The notes under the pieces were generated by a model, which saw nothing but the letters and a program-made list of their open reading frames with translations, ran no database searches and was not told the origin of the DNA. Below are positions 52,801 to 61,481 of a DNA stretch of 64,000 nt, piece by piece. A program made the position numbers and the translations under genes. Numbering within the stretch: position 1 is the first letter of the stretch; each line of letters begins with the position of its first letter. Source of the stretch: an uncultured Clostridia bacterium (GTDB lineage: Bacteria > Bacillota > Clostridia > TANB77 > CAG-508); assembly GCA_944388705.1 (NCBI GenBank), contig CALXJU010000001.1, positions 14,674-78,673 of the forward strand, given 5' to 3'.

Positions 52801-54346
52801 ATATACAATAAACAGAAAAATAGATAGAAAAGCATTACCGTTACCAAATGTAAATGAAGAAAAATTTAAAGAAAGTGACCCAAATAAATTTGACAAAACT
52901 GAACTAAAACTATTACAAATTTGGAAAAATATATTACATATAAAAAATATATCATTAGAAGATAATTTCTTTGATATAGGTGGAGATTCAATATCTGCTA
53001 TAAAAATGCAAATAGAAGCATTAAAATATGGCTTTGATTTTGAATATGCAGATATATTTAAATATCCAACAATAAAAGAATTAGCAGGAAAGAAAATGAC
53101 TCAAGTAGGAGAAAATATATCAGAATATGACTATTCGAAAATTAATAAAATGTTAGAAGCAAATCAAATAGAAAATCTAAAAACAATAAAAAAATATCAA
53201 GTAAAGAACATTTTATTAATAGGAGGTACAGGATATTTAGGAGTACATATATTAAATGAATTTTTACAAAAAGAGAAGGGCAAAATCTATTGCCTAGTAA
53301 GAAGAAAAGACAATAAAGACCCTATAGTAAGATTACAACAAAAGATAGCATTTTATTTCGGTAATGATTATTTTGAAAAATACCAGAATAGAATAAAAGT
53401 AATTGAAGGGGATATAGTCAAAAGAAATCTTGGACTTTCAAGAGAAGATAATGAATTACTAAAAAATGCAATAACAACAGTTGTAAATGCAGGTGCAATC
53501 GTTAAACATTTTGGAACGCCAAAATTATTTAATGAAATAAATGTAACAGGAACACAAAATATTGTAAACTATTGTAAAAGAGAAAGTAAAAGATTAATAC
53601 ATATATCTACAATTAGTGTATCAGGTAATGGCGAAAAAGAAGAAAATATAGAAGAAACAAAAGAAAATATAAAAAATAAAAAAATATTCAAAGAAAATAC
53701 TTTATATATAAATCAAAATATTTCTGGAATTTATACGACTACAAAATATAAAGCAGAAATTATAGTTCTGAATGCAATTGCAGAAGGGTTAGATGCACAA
53801 ATATTAAGGATGGGAAATATCACAAACCGATTTTCGGATGGAGTTTTTCAACAAAATGTTGAAGAAAATGCTTTTGCCAAAAGGTTAAAATCATTTATAG
53901 AAATAGGAGCATTCCCAGAATATTTACTACAACATGCAATAGAACTTGGACCAGTAGACTTATGTGCAGAAGCGGTAATAAAAATATTAGAACATAATAG
54001 TAAATGCAATGTGTTCCACTTGTATAATTCAAATTTATTAGAAATTAAATTATTAATATCTACTTTAAATGAATTAGGTATAAAAATACAAGGTGTAAGT
54101 GATAAAATGATGTCAGAAACAATAACAGAAATTCTAGAAGATAATGATAGAAAAGAAATATTATCTGGTATTATAAATGATATTGACTCAAATAAAAAAT
54201 TAGTATATACTTCTAATGTAAGAATAGATTCTGAATTTACAGAAAGATATTTAGAAAAAATAGGATTTTCTTGGAAAAAGATTGACAAAGAGTACATATT
54301 AAAATATATGGACTACTTCAAGAAAATAAAATTTATAAATTATTAA
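46889..54346 (+). CDS. two-module nonribosomal peptide synthetase C-A-T-C-A-T-R with C-terminal thioester reductase domain
   Basis: C domains HHIISDAWT (about nt 47270) and HHIVMDGTG (about 50420). A domains LSYLIYTSGSTGIPKGV / YGPSETT / YKSGDLGSF / GRIDNQVKINGLRIELSEIE and LSYIIYTSGSTGVPKGV / YGPSEIT / YKSGDIGRW / GRIDHQIKLRGLRIELGEIE. PCP serines LGGDSLTAI and IGGDSISAI. R domain LLIGGTGYLGVHIL (Rossmann) with YTTTKYKAE (YxxxK). Confidence 0.95.
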   Translation: MLEELTQAQKSIWLTEKYYQGTSVNTICGTAIIEEKVDFVKLKKAIEIVCQKYDIFKLCFKIVEGEIKQELSEKNNFKIEIINVANLQELEKVRKKIIEKPLEIESSELSQFYIVKFDNGEGAFIANIHHIISDAWTLAIVCKEIIQIYSNLKNNQEIETKAKYSYIEHINSEKEYIKSEKFQKDKKYWEEKFEKIPEVAVIPGSKNEIENNIKGNRKQFTIDKNIIEKVKKYCKENSISLFNFFMATFGIYISEISNLDEFVIGTPILNRTNYKEKSAMGMFINTAPLKINLNGVEDFKTFVKNIAIDSLNMLKHQKYSYQSLLENLREKDRNIPNLYNILLSYQITDTTLKDEDIKYRSEWTFNGYCPDNMQIHIYDFNDTDNFNIAYDYRTSIYDEKDIEQLHDRIKHVIRQVISEENIKIKDIEIVTPEEKEKLVIDFNKTQLEYDKTKPIIKYFEEQVEKTPEEVAMVFENKKLTYKELNEKANSLAHKLREEGITNNSIVGIMKERSFEIIIAIIAVLKAGGSYIPIAPDYPDDRINYMLEDSHAQIVLVGKKQLSRIKEGQKAINIDLSNKEIYDYNKENIENISKPEDLSYLIYTSGSTGIPKGVMLKQQNLSNFYNAMKSTIKYLNDGNKHKIISITTLSFDIFGFETLMSLTRGLTLYMTNENEQKITSKLEKIIKENGIEIIQTTPSVMKFHLDNIEDIKDLSSLKYVILAGEQLPKTLVDRLKKDIPGVTIYNGYGPSETTIFSTITDVTNLEKVTIGNPIANTQIYILNKNKKLVPQGTIGEIYIAGDGVGKGYMNKKEQTEKSYLKNPFIENSIMYKSGDLGSFDSKGKITCYGRIDNQVKINGLRIELSEIEKLMLSIYNISDCVVIKKHINDRDALCAYYTQKGHVEEEIIKTVLKNKLPQYMIPQYFIKINQMPHTPNGKIDKKLLPEPSIQENDKQIIKIRNQIDEELIKMIKKMLYVENISLSDTLLDLGGDSLTAITLSTKILSKFNVQVNIKDILSNYTIKDISDFIRDNQSKISAKIKIEKAPKQELYPLSTAQKRIYYNSKMIGDENIVYNLPGAVIVDEILNKEKVNNIFKKIIERHEILRTSFVIKDDNVMQKIQENIDFNIQTYQNTEKEQQKIMEEFSKPFNLEKAPLLRVELHYLDNKKTLLLLETHHIVMDGTGLNNLIIEFNRLYNGENLKRIPIQYKDYAVWENKFNESENVKKYEQYWVNKFKDCEFSQLNLPYDYKISANRNYNGNKVINVVDEHKFKKIERYAKKKGVSPYILFISAFFVLLYKYTGQEEIVLGSPFANRNINETKRMIGMFVNNIVVKGKIKSEATFQEFLNEIKEQVLDDLSNQPYPFDSLVKKLGVTGDNSRNPLFDIMFTYQNKEENIIKLHEKEVQIIEINNNIAKFNLSLEIKPKTHSINIEYNTDLFKEITIKSIFEHYMYILEQIMNNINIKINDVDMITENESKILDRFNNTEGEINNDTTAFLIEQQVIKNPDNIAVICEDKSITYGELDKKANSLANYLIKKGIKNNDIVCIMTNRSIETIVAMYAILKAGGAFLNIDPTYPIDRTKYYIENSKTQYVLVQRELKELVREIPNCIEIDLENNPIYDSNFEKPQVDIKMDDLSYIIYTSGSTGVPKGVMLEQVGLTNMAKAMTKALDYLHDGKIHTLLSVTSTPFDIFVYEIIVSLTHGQRIVMANNAEHRNPKLLEKLMKKYNTDVMTVTPSLMKIIYDNREKETSLGLVKNMVFGGEPLPEKFVKDLKALANDITVFNIYGPSEITVLSNVQNLNGETEITTGPPIMNTQIHILDKNLNRVPIGVVGEIYISGVQVGKGYLGKPELTSEKFLPNKFGKGKMYKSGDIGRWTFEGKVQCLGRIDHQIKLRGLRIELGEIESKMEQYPGISAAVVNKVNVEDKESLCGYYVTEEQAKVEEAEVKSYLRKYLPQYMVPSYIVHLEKMPYTINRKIDRKALPLPNVNEEKFKESDPNKFDKTELKLLQIWKNILHIKNISLEDNFFDIGGDSISAIKMQIEALKYGFDFEYADIFKYPTIKELAGKKMTQVGENISEYDYSKINKMLEANQIENLKTIKKYQVKNILLIGGTGYLGVHILNEFLQKEKGKIYCLVRRKDNKDPIVRLQQKIAFYFGNDYFEKYQNRIKVIEGDIVKRNLGLSREDNELLKNAITTVVNAGAIVKHFGTPKLFNEINVTGTQNIVNYCKRESKRLIHISTISVSGNGEKEENIEETKENIKNKKIFKENTLYINQNISGIYTTTKYKAEIIVLNAIAEGLDAQILRMGNITNRFSDGVFQQNVEENAFAKRLKSFIEIGAFPEYLLQHAIELGPVDLCAEAVIKILEHNSKCNVFHLYNSNLLEIKLLISTLNELGIKIQGVSDKMMSETITEILEDNDRKEILSGIINDIDSNKKLVYTSNVRIDSEFTERYLEKIGFSWKKIDKEYILKYMDYFKKIKFINY

Positions 54347-54358
54347 AGGAGTAAAAAG

Positions 54359-56182
54359 ATGCAACTAATAAATGTAGAATTTATATTATTATTAATATCA
54401 GCATTTTCCACAACATTATTGATGTGTAATATTATGAGAAAAAAGCCTTTAAAGCAATTGCATAAGGCTTTTTCCTCTGTGTTATTATGTGTTCTTATTA
54501 TTTGCGTAGGAGTCATATCACAACTGGTATGCAGTACTTTTTGGAATATAAATCCATTGTATTTTGAAAATTTTATATACATAGGCACATGTATGTTACC
54601 AGTCGCATTATTTTTTACGGCAATAATTTTTAAAAAAACAAAAATAAAAGTTAAGAAAAGATATCTTTTGTTATTTATAATACCAATACTTTCGTTATTA
54701 GTATTATATACAAATAAATATCATAGTTTATTTTATAAAGTGTATTCTTCAAATTTAAATGAAATGGTTTTTGGAAATTATTTTTATATACATACAATAT
54801 ACACATATGGATTATTAATAGTAAGCATAGCAATAATGTTAAATGTTTCACTAAAGAATTCAGGTGTATTTTCAAAACAAACATTATTAATAATAATAGG
54901 AACAATGTTTCCAATAATAATAAATATTATGGGAACACTTAAGATATTTAAAATGAATGTTTGTTTAACACCAATAAGTTTTTCAATAGCTGTAATGTTT
55001 TATACATTTGCGATAATGAGATTTAATTTTTTAAATATTACACCAATTGCATTAAGAACAATAGTAGATAGAATATCAGATAGTTATATTGTGCTAGATG
55101 AAAATAATGTAGTTACAGATTTTAATAAAACATTTTTAGATACATTTAAAATAAAAGAAGAAAGTATAAGAAGTAAAAATATATTTGAATTTTTAGAAGA
55201 AAATAAAAAATATAAAGCTAATATATTAAAACTAAAAAATACATTAGAAAAAACGAAACATTCAAATGATACAATATCCTATGAGCAAAAATTTGAAAAA
55301 ATTAATAAATATTTTTTAATCGAGGTAACAGAAATTAATGTTGACAAATCATCATTAGGAACATTACTACTATTAAAAGACATAACACAACACAAAGAAG
55401 ATATGGAAACAATAAAAAACAATCAAGACATACTAATGGAAAGAGAAAGATTAGCTTCTTTAGGACAATTAATAGGAGGAATTGCACATAACTTAAAAAC
55501 ACCAATTATGTCTATATCTGGGGCAGTAGAAGGGCTAGAAGACTTAATAAAAGAATATGATGCATCAATAGATGACCCATTAGTAAATTCACAAGACCAT
55601 CATGAAATAGCAAGAGATATGCAAAGTTGGATACCAAAAATAAAAACACACATAGAATACATGTCAGACATTATTACAACAGTAAAAGGACAAGCTGTAG
55701 CATTATCAAATCAAGAAGAAATGTCATTTACAATTGGAGAATTAGTAAAAAGAGTTAATATATTAATGAAACATGAATTAAAAAATGCATATTTATATCT
55801 TAATGTTTTAATGAAAACAGATGAAAATTTAGTCTTGTCAGGAGATGTAAATAATCTTGTACAAGTAATAAATAATATGATTTCAAATTCAATCCAAGCT
55901 TATAATGGAGAAAGAGATAAAAATATTGAACTTGAAATTACTAAAGAAAAAAATAATGTGATTTTTTCAGTAAGAGATTATGCTGGGGGAATACCAAGAG
56001 AAGTACAAGATAAATTATTTAATGAGATGGTTACAACTAAAGGTAAAAATGGAACAGGACTAGGATTATATATATCATATTCAAATATAAAAGCACATTT
56101 TGGTGGAGATATAAATTTTGTAACAGTAGATGGACAAGGAACAACATTTAATATAATAATTCCAATTAAAAAAGCCGTTTAA
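54359..56182 (+). CDS. sensor histidine kinase (polytopic N-terminus, PAS, HisKA, HATPase)
   Basis: Multiple TM helices, H-box LASLGQLIGGIAHNLKTP, G-boxes GGIPRE / GTGLGL. Starts 13 nt after the NRPS stop. Confidence 0.85.
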   Translation: MQLINVEFILLLISAFSTTLLMCNIMRKKPLKQLHKAFSSVLLCVLIICVGVISQLVCSTFWNINPLYFENFIYIGTCMLPVALFFTAIIFKKTKIKVKKRYLLLFIIPILSLLVLYTNKYHSLFYKVYSSNLNEMVFGNYFYIHTIYTYGLLIVSIAIMLNVSLKNSGVFSKQTLLIIIGTMFPIIINIMGTLKIFKMNVCLTPISFSIAVMFYTFAIMRFNFLNITPIALRTIVDRISDSYIVLDENNVVTDFNKTFLDTFKIKEESIRSKNIFEFLEENKKYKANILKLKNTLEKTKHSNDTISYEQKFEKINKYFLIEVTEINVDKSSLGTLLLLKDITQHKEDMETIKNNQDILMERERLASLGQLIGGIAHNLKTPIMSISGAVEGLEDLIKEYDASIDDPLVNSQDHHEIARDMQSWIPKIKTHIEYMSDIITTVKGQAVALSNQEEMSFTIGELVKRVNILMKHELKNAYLYLNVLMKTDENLVLSGDVNNLVQVINNMISNSIQAYNGERDKNIELEITKEKNNVIFSVRDYAGGIPREVQDKLFNEMVTTKGKNGTGLGLYISYSNIKAHFGGDINFVTVDGQGTTFNIIIPIKKAV

Positions 56183-56195
56183 ACGGCTTTTTTAT
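56169..56195 (+). terminator. rho-independent terminator
   Basis: aaagccgttt/aaacggcttt perfect stem plus T-run. Confidence 0.7.
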
Positions 56196-56197
56196 AT

Positions 56198-56536
56198 CTA
56201 TATAAATAAATTCATTATAGTAAGAACTAAAGTAGAAAAAAATGCTTTTATTGAATATTTAAATCCTCTTTTTACAAAAACTGCAGGAGTAGAAAGTCTA
56301 TTTTCGCCAATAATAGTTAAAGCAACACAAGGTTCTTCAATTTCACGATATTCTATTATAGCAGTTGAAGGACTTTCTTCAGTCTTTTTTTCTTCTTGAG
56401 CCATAACTTCTTCTTCTACTTGAATTTCTTCATCTTGTAAATTTATATTTTCTTCTATCTCAGAGACTTCTTCTATATTATTTTTATTTAGAATTTCTTC
56501 AGTTTCTTCAATATTTCCTTCTAATAATTTGTCCAT
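56198..56536 (-). CDS. hypothetical acidic protein with C-terminal hydrophobic segment
   Basis: 112-aa Glu-rich ORF with no known domain. Confidence 0.4.
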   Translation of the reverse strand: MDKLLEGNIEETEEILNKNNIEEVSEIEENINLQDEEIQVEEEVMAQEEKKTEESPSTAIIEYREIEEPCVALTIIGENRLSTPAVFVKRGFKYSIKAFFSTLVLTIMNLFI

Positions 56537-56840
56537 AATACCTCCATATAATTATACAATTTTAGTATATCAAGCCAGATTATAAAAATCAAATAAAATG
56601 ATAAAATGTCATAAAAAAGTAATATATTCGTAATATTGTTGTAATATTTTTGATTAATAAATTATAATATATAACTATTTCATAGCAAAAACATATTCTG
56701 GGTCTTCGTCGGGGGTCTTTGCTTATTCAATAGTTATATATTATAATTTATAAAATTTAAAAAATTAACAAAAAATATTGATTTTTGTCGAATAAATGAC
56801 TATAATATCGATAAATGGGATGATAACAAGGAGGAGGAAT

Positions 56841-57902
56841 ATGAGAAAAGCACTTCAAAATCAATTAAACGGAGCTGAACAAGTAAAATATAAAATAATA
56901 GCTGTTGATGATGAAATAGGAATAATTGATTCATTATCAGTTTTTTTAAAAAGGACTGATTATGAATTTGTGGGAATTACAGACCCAGTAGAAGCAATAG
57001 AAACAATAAAAAGAGAACACTTTGATTTGATGTTATTAGACTTTATGATGACACCATTACATGGAGATGAAGTTGTAGAAGAAATTAGAAAATTTAATAA
57101 AGAATTATATATTTTATTATTAACAGGGCATAAAGATTTAGCCCCACCATTAGAAACAATAAAAAGATTAGATATACAAGGTTATTGCGAGAAAAGTGAT
57201 AAATTCGATCAATTACTTTTATTAATAGAGTCAGGAATAAAATCAATAAAACAAATGCAAGAAATAAAAAGAATAAATGATGAACTAGAAGAAACAAATG
57301 AAAAATTAGAACAAGCATATTTAGAAAGTGTTCAAACATTAAGATATACAGTAGAAGCAAAAGATACATATACAAGAGGTCATTCAGATAGAGTATCAGA
57401 ATATTCAGTCTTAATTGGAACAAAATTAGGATTGCCAGAAGAACAATTAAAAATATTAAGAATAGGAGGGTTATTCCACGATATAGGAAAAATAGGAATA
57501 CCAGATAGTATATTACAAAAAAATGCAAAATTAACAGATGATGAATATTCTGAAATAAAAAATCATCCATCAATAGGAGCACATATATTAGGTGCAGCAT
57601 CAATATTTAAAGATATAATACCAATAGTAAAACATCATCATGAAAGATATGATGGAAAAGGATATCCTTCAGGATTAGCTGGTGAAAATATACCATATTT
57701 AGCAAGGATAACAGCAGTTGCAGATACATTTGATGCGATGACAAGTAAAAGAAGTTATAGAGATGCATTAGATTTACAATATGTAAAAGATGAATTTGAA
57801 AGATGTAAAGGAACACAATTTGACCCACAAATTGCTGAAGTATTTATAAATATCTTGAATAATGATTTTGAAAAAATAAAAGAGATACAAAACAAGTATT
57901 AA
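56841..57902 (+). CDS. response regulator with HD-GYP phosphohydrolase domain (c-di-GMP phosphodiesterase-type)
   Basis: Receiver IIAVDDE...MLLDFMM. HD-GYP domain HSDRV...GGLFHDIGK...HHERYDGKGYP. RBS GGAGGAGG before ATG 56841. Confidence 0.85.
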   Translation: MRKALQNQLNGAEQVKYKIIAVDDEIGIIDSLSVFLKRTDYEFVGITDPVEAIETIKREHFDLMLLDFMMTPLHGDEVVEEIRKFNKELYILLLTGHKDLAPPLETIKRLDIQGYCEKSDKFDQLLLLIESGIKSIKQMQEIKRINDELEETNEKLEQAYLESVQTLRYTVEAKDTYTRGHSDRVSEYSVLIGTKLGLPEEQLKILRIGGLFHDIGKIGIPDSILQKNAKLTDDEYSEIKNHPSIGAHILGAASIFKDIIPIVKHHHERYDGKGYPSGLAGENIPYLARITAVADTFDAMTSKRSYRDALDLQYVKDEFERCKGTQFDPQIAEVFINILNNDFEKIKEIQNKY

Positions 57903-57904
57903 GA

Positions 57905-57935
57905 AAAAGAGGCTGTTTTTTAACAGTCTCTTTTT
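57905..57935 (+). terminator. rho-independent terminator
   Basis: agaggctgtt-tttt-aacagtctct followed by a T-run. Confidence 0.6.
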
Positions 57936-58039
57936 GCGTGCCTAAAATATACGCAAAAAGAGAAATATAAAATATGCAAAAAGAATAACTAATTGAATGA
58001 AAAAATAATAGAAAAACAGTATAATATTACCTAAGAGAG

Positions 58040-58983
58040 GTGGTAGATGTGAACATTTTTAAAAAGGGAAATAACTTAACCCTTTGGTGGGTAAGGTTTA
58101 GACGACTCACGGACAATTGGTTATTATATAAAAAACATAAAATAAAAGAATCAACATATTTGAATTATAATTATATTATAAATACATATCTTAATAAAAA
58201 ATTCGCAAAAAAACGATTAAGTTATTTTTTAGATTATGATATGAATGAATTTATAGACAGTTTAAAAAAAACTTATCAAATAAAACTGTAAGAGATATAG
58301 TATTAGTATTAAAATCGATATTAAAATTTGCAGAAAGAAAATATAATACAAACTTTAAATTAGATTTAATAACAATGCCAAGTTCAGAAAAAACAGAATT
58401 ACAGGTATTTAATGAAAAAGAAATAAAGAAACTAGAAAAAATATGTATAAAATCAGAAGATATAAGAGATATAGGAATATTAATAGCAATATATACAGGA
58501 ATGAGGATAGGAGAAATATGTGCATTAAAATGGGAACATATTGATTTAAATAAAAAATTAATAAATGTAAAACAAACATTACAACGAGTTTATGTGGAAA
58601 AGAAAAAAACAAAAGTAATAATAACTCCACCTAAAACTAAAACATCAGAAAGAAAAATTCCTATACCACAAGTATTATATGATGAATTAAAGATTAAGAG
58701 CATAAATTATTCAAAACAGGCATATGTAACAACAGGGCTAGAAGATAAATATATTGAACCAAGAAGTTTTCAATATGTATATAAAAAAGCACTTGAAACA
58801 GGCGAAATTAAATACAGAAATTTTCACTGCTTAAGACATACATTTGCAACAAGATGTATAAGAGTAGGTATGGATATAAAATCTTTAAGTGAAGTATTAG
58901 GACATGCAGATGTTAATATAACATTAAATAGATATGTACATTCTTCTTATGATTCAAAGAAAAGATTTATGGAAAAATTATAA
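58040..58983 (+). pseudogene. phage-type tyrosine integrase split by a frameshift in an A8 homopolymer
   Basis: N-part 58040-58291 is the SAM-like domain. C-part 58375-58983 carries HCLRHTFATRCIRVGMDIKSLSEVLGHADVNITLNRYVH. Frame continuity is restored with A9 or A6 at 58264-58271. Confidence 0.75.
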
Positions 58984-59034
58984 TAAACAAAAGATAAGAG
59001 GGCATAAGGATACGCCCTCTGGTCAGTCTAAATT

Positions 59035-61218
59035 TTATATTTTCATAGAGAGACCAACTTTTTTTCGTTCTTGGTCAAGTTTTATAACTTTAACTTTTAC
59101 AATATCACCAACTGACACAACTTCAGAAGGAGACTTAATATAAGAATCGCTCATTTCAGAGATATGAACAAGTCCATCATATTTTACTCCAATATCAACA
59201 AAAGCTCCAAAATCAATAACATTACGAACAGTACCAGTAAGAACCATACCTTCAGTTAAATCCTCAAATTTTAGAACATCATTACGAAGTACAGGTTTTG
59301 GCATACTATCTCTTGGATCACGACCAGGTTTAGACAATTCGGAAATAATATCAGACAAAGTCATTTCTCCAATATCAAGTTCTTTAGAAATAGAATGAAC
59401 ATCTAAAGTACTTAATTGTGTTTTTAAAACATTTAATCTATCTCGATTTCTTAAATCATTTTTATCAAACCCTAATTTAGATAAAAGCTTTTCAGTCTGT
59501 TCATAACTTTCTGGGTGAACAGCAGTATTTTCTAATGGGTTAATACCATCAGGAATTCTGATAAAACCTGCACATTGTTCATAAGCAACTTTTCCTAATT
59601 TAGGAACTTTTAAAAGTTCTTTTCTTTCTTTTAATTTACCATTTTCATCTCTATATTTAACAATATTTTTTGCTATTGTACTATTGATACCAGAAACATA
59701 AGATAAAAGTGAAGGAGTAGCAGTATTAACATCAACACCAACTTTATTAACACTATCTTCAACAACACCTGTTAAACTTTCAGATAATTTCTTCTGATTA
59801 ACATCATGTTGATATTGACCAACACCAATAGCTTTAGGGTCAATTTTTACAAGTTCTGCTAAAGGGTCTTGAAGTCTACGTGCAATTGAAATTGCTCCTC
59901 TAAGTGAAACATTTATATCAGGATATTCTTCTGTTGCAAGTTTAGAAGCAGAATATACAGATGCACCTGCTTCACTAACAATAACATAACAAATATCATG
60001 TTTAACTTCTTTAATCATTTCAGCAACAAACATTTCTGATTCTCTTGAAGCAGTACCATTACCAATTGCAATTATATCAATACGATATTTATTAATTAAA
60101 TCTAAAAGAATTTTCTTTGCACCTTCTTCATCATTTTGAGGAGCAGTTGGATATACAGTTGCAGTATCTAAAACTTTTCCTGTTTCATCTATAACTGCAA
60201 TTTTACAACCTGTTCTATATGCTGGGTCAAATCCCATAACAGTTTTACCTTTTATAGGAGCACCTAATAATAATTGTTTTGCATTTTGTCCAAAAACTTT
60301 TATAGCTTTTTCTTCAGCTTTTTCGGTTAAATCAGAACGAATCTCTCTATCAATAGATGGTTCAATTAATCTTTTAAAAGCATCTAAAATAGTAGCTTGA
60401 AGCATTTCTGTAAACTGATTTTTGCCTTTTAAAATATCTTTTTCCATATAATATAAAATTTTATCTTCAGGTTTATTAATAGAAACTTTTAAAAATTCTT
60501 CAGTTTCACCTCTATTAATTGCTAAAATTCTATGACTTGGAAGCTTACAAACTAATTCTAAAAAATCATAATACATTTCATAATTAGATTTTTCATCAGG
60601 TTTTGAAGCTTTTGTAACAATTGTTCCTTCTCTGTAACAAACTTTTTTAATATATTTTCTGAATTTTGCATTATCAGAAATATTTTCAGCTATGATATCT
60701 AAGGCACCTTGAATTGCCTCTTCAACATTTGCTACAACTTTATCTTTATTTTTCTTATCTTGAACAGATAATTTGTCAATATTAATATATTGTTTTGCAA
60801 TTTCTTCTATAGGAGTTTTTTCTTCTTGCTCTAGTATTATTTGTGCTAAAGGTTCTAAGCCTTTTGCCTTTGCAACAGTTGCTCTTGTTTTCTTTTTTTG
60901 TTTATATGGTCTATATAAATCTTCTACATCTGCAAGAGTTTCAGCAGTAGCAATTGCAATAGTCAATTCATCAGTTAATTTACCTTGTTCATCAATGGAT
61001 TTTGTTACTTCAGCTTTACGAGTCTCTAAATTTCTTAAATAAGTTAATCTTTCTCCTAAATCTCTTAAGATTTCGTCACTTAATCCACCAGTTACTTCTT
61101 TTCTATAACGTGCAATAAATGGAATTGTATTTCCTTCATCAATTAGTTTTACGGCATTTTCTACCTGTATAGGTTTTACATTTAATTCTTCTGCAATTTT
61201 GTTAATAATTTTTTCCAT
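59035..61218 (-). CDS. tex: Tex-like transcription accessory protein (YqgF/RNase-H-like, HhH and S1 domains)
   Basis: MEKIINKIAEEL...IPFIARYRKE..., C-terminal S1 domain GMVLTGTVRNVIDFGAFVDIG. ATG at 61218 with AAGGA RBS. Confidence 0.9.
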   Translation of the reverse strand: MEKIINKIAEELNVKPIQVENAVKLIDEGNTIPFIARYRKEVTGGLSDEILRDLGERLTYLRNLETRKAEVTKSIDEQGKLTDELTIAIATAETLADVEDLYRPYKQKKKTRATVAKAKGLEPLAQIILEQEEKTPIEEIAKQYINIDKLSVQDKKNKDKVVANVEEAIQGALDIIAENISDNAKFRKYIKKVCYREGTIVTKASKPDEKSNYEMYYDFLELVCKLPSHRILAINRGETEEFLKVSINKPEDKILYYMEKDILKGKNQFTEMLQATILDAFKRLIEPSIDREIRSDLTEKAEEKAIKVFGQNAKQLLLGAPIKGKTVMGFDPAYRTGCKIAVIDETGKVLDTATVYPTAPQNDEEGAKKILLDLINKYRIDIIAIGNGTASRESEMFVAEMIKEVKHDICYVIVSEAGASVYSASKLATEEYPDINVSLRGAISIARRLQDPLAELVKIDPKAIGVGQYQHDVNQKKLSESLTGVVEDSVNKVGVDVNTATPSLLSYVSGINSTIAKNIVKYRDENGKLKERKELLKVPKLGKVAYEQCAGFIRIPDGINPLENTAVHPESYEQTEKLLSKLGFDKNDLRNRDRLNVLKTQLSTLDVHSISKELDIGEMTLSDIISELSKPGRDPRDSMPKPVLRNDVLKFEDLTEGMVLTGTVRNVIDFGAFVDIGVKYDGLVHISEMSDSYIKSPSEVVSVGDIVKVKVIKLDQERKKVGLSMKI

Positions 61219-61481
61219 GTTTTTGTCCTTTCTTGCCAAAATGGAACAGTCCTGTTTAAAATGAGATAGTTCTGTTTGGCACATATGTTCTGATTATATA
61301 TGTATTTTTTAGGAATTGCAAGAAAAATTATATATTAATTGAAAAAAATATAAAAAAATAATTTATTAAAGGGGATTGTTAGCATTGACAAAATTCTACA
61401 ATATAGATATAATGACATGTGGTAAAAAACAATAATAAAAAGCAATAAAATGGAAATAATAGAGTAAATGGAGGTAATAGT

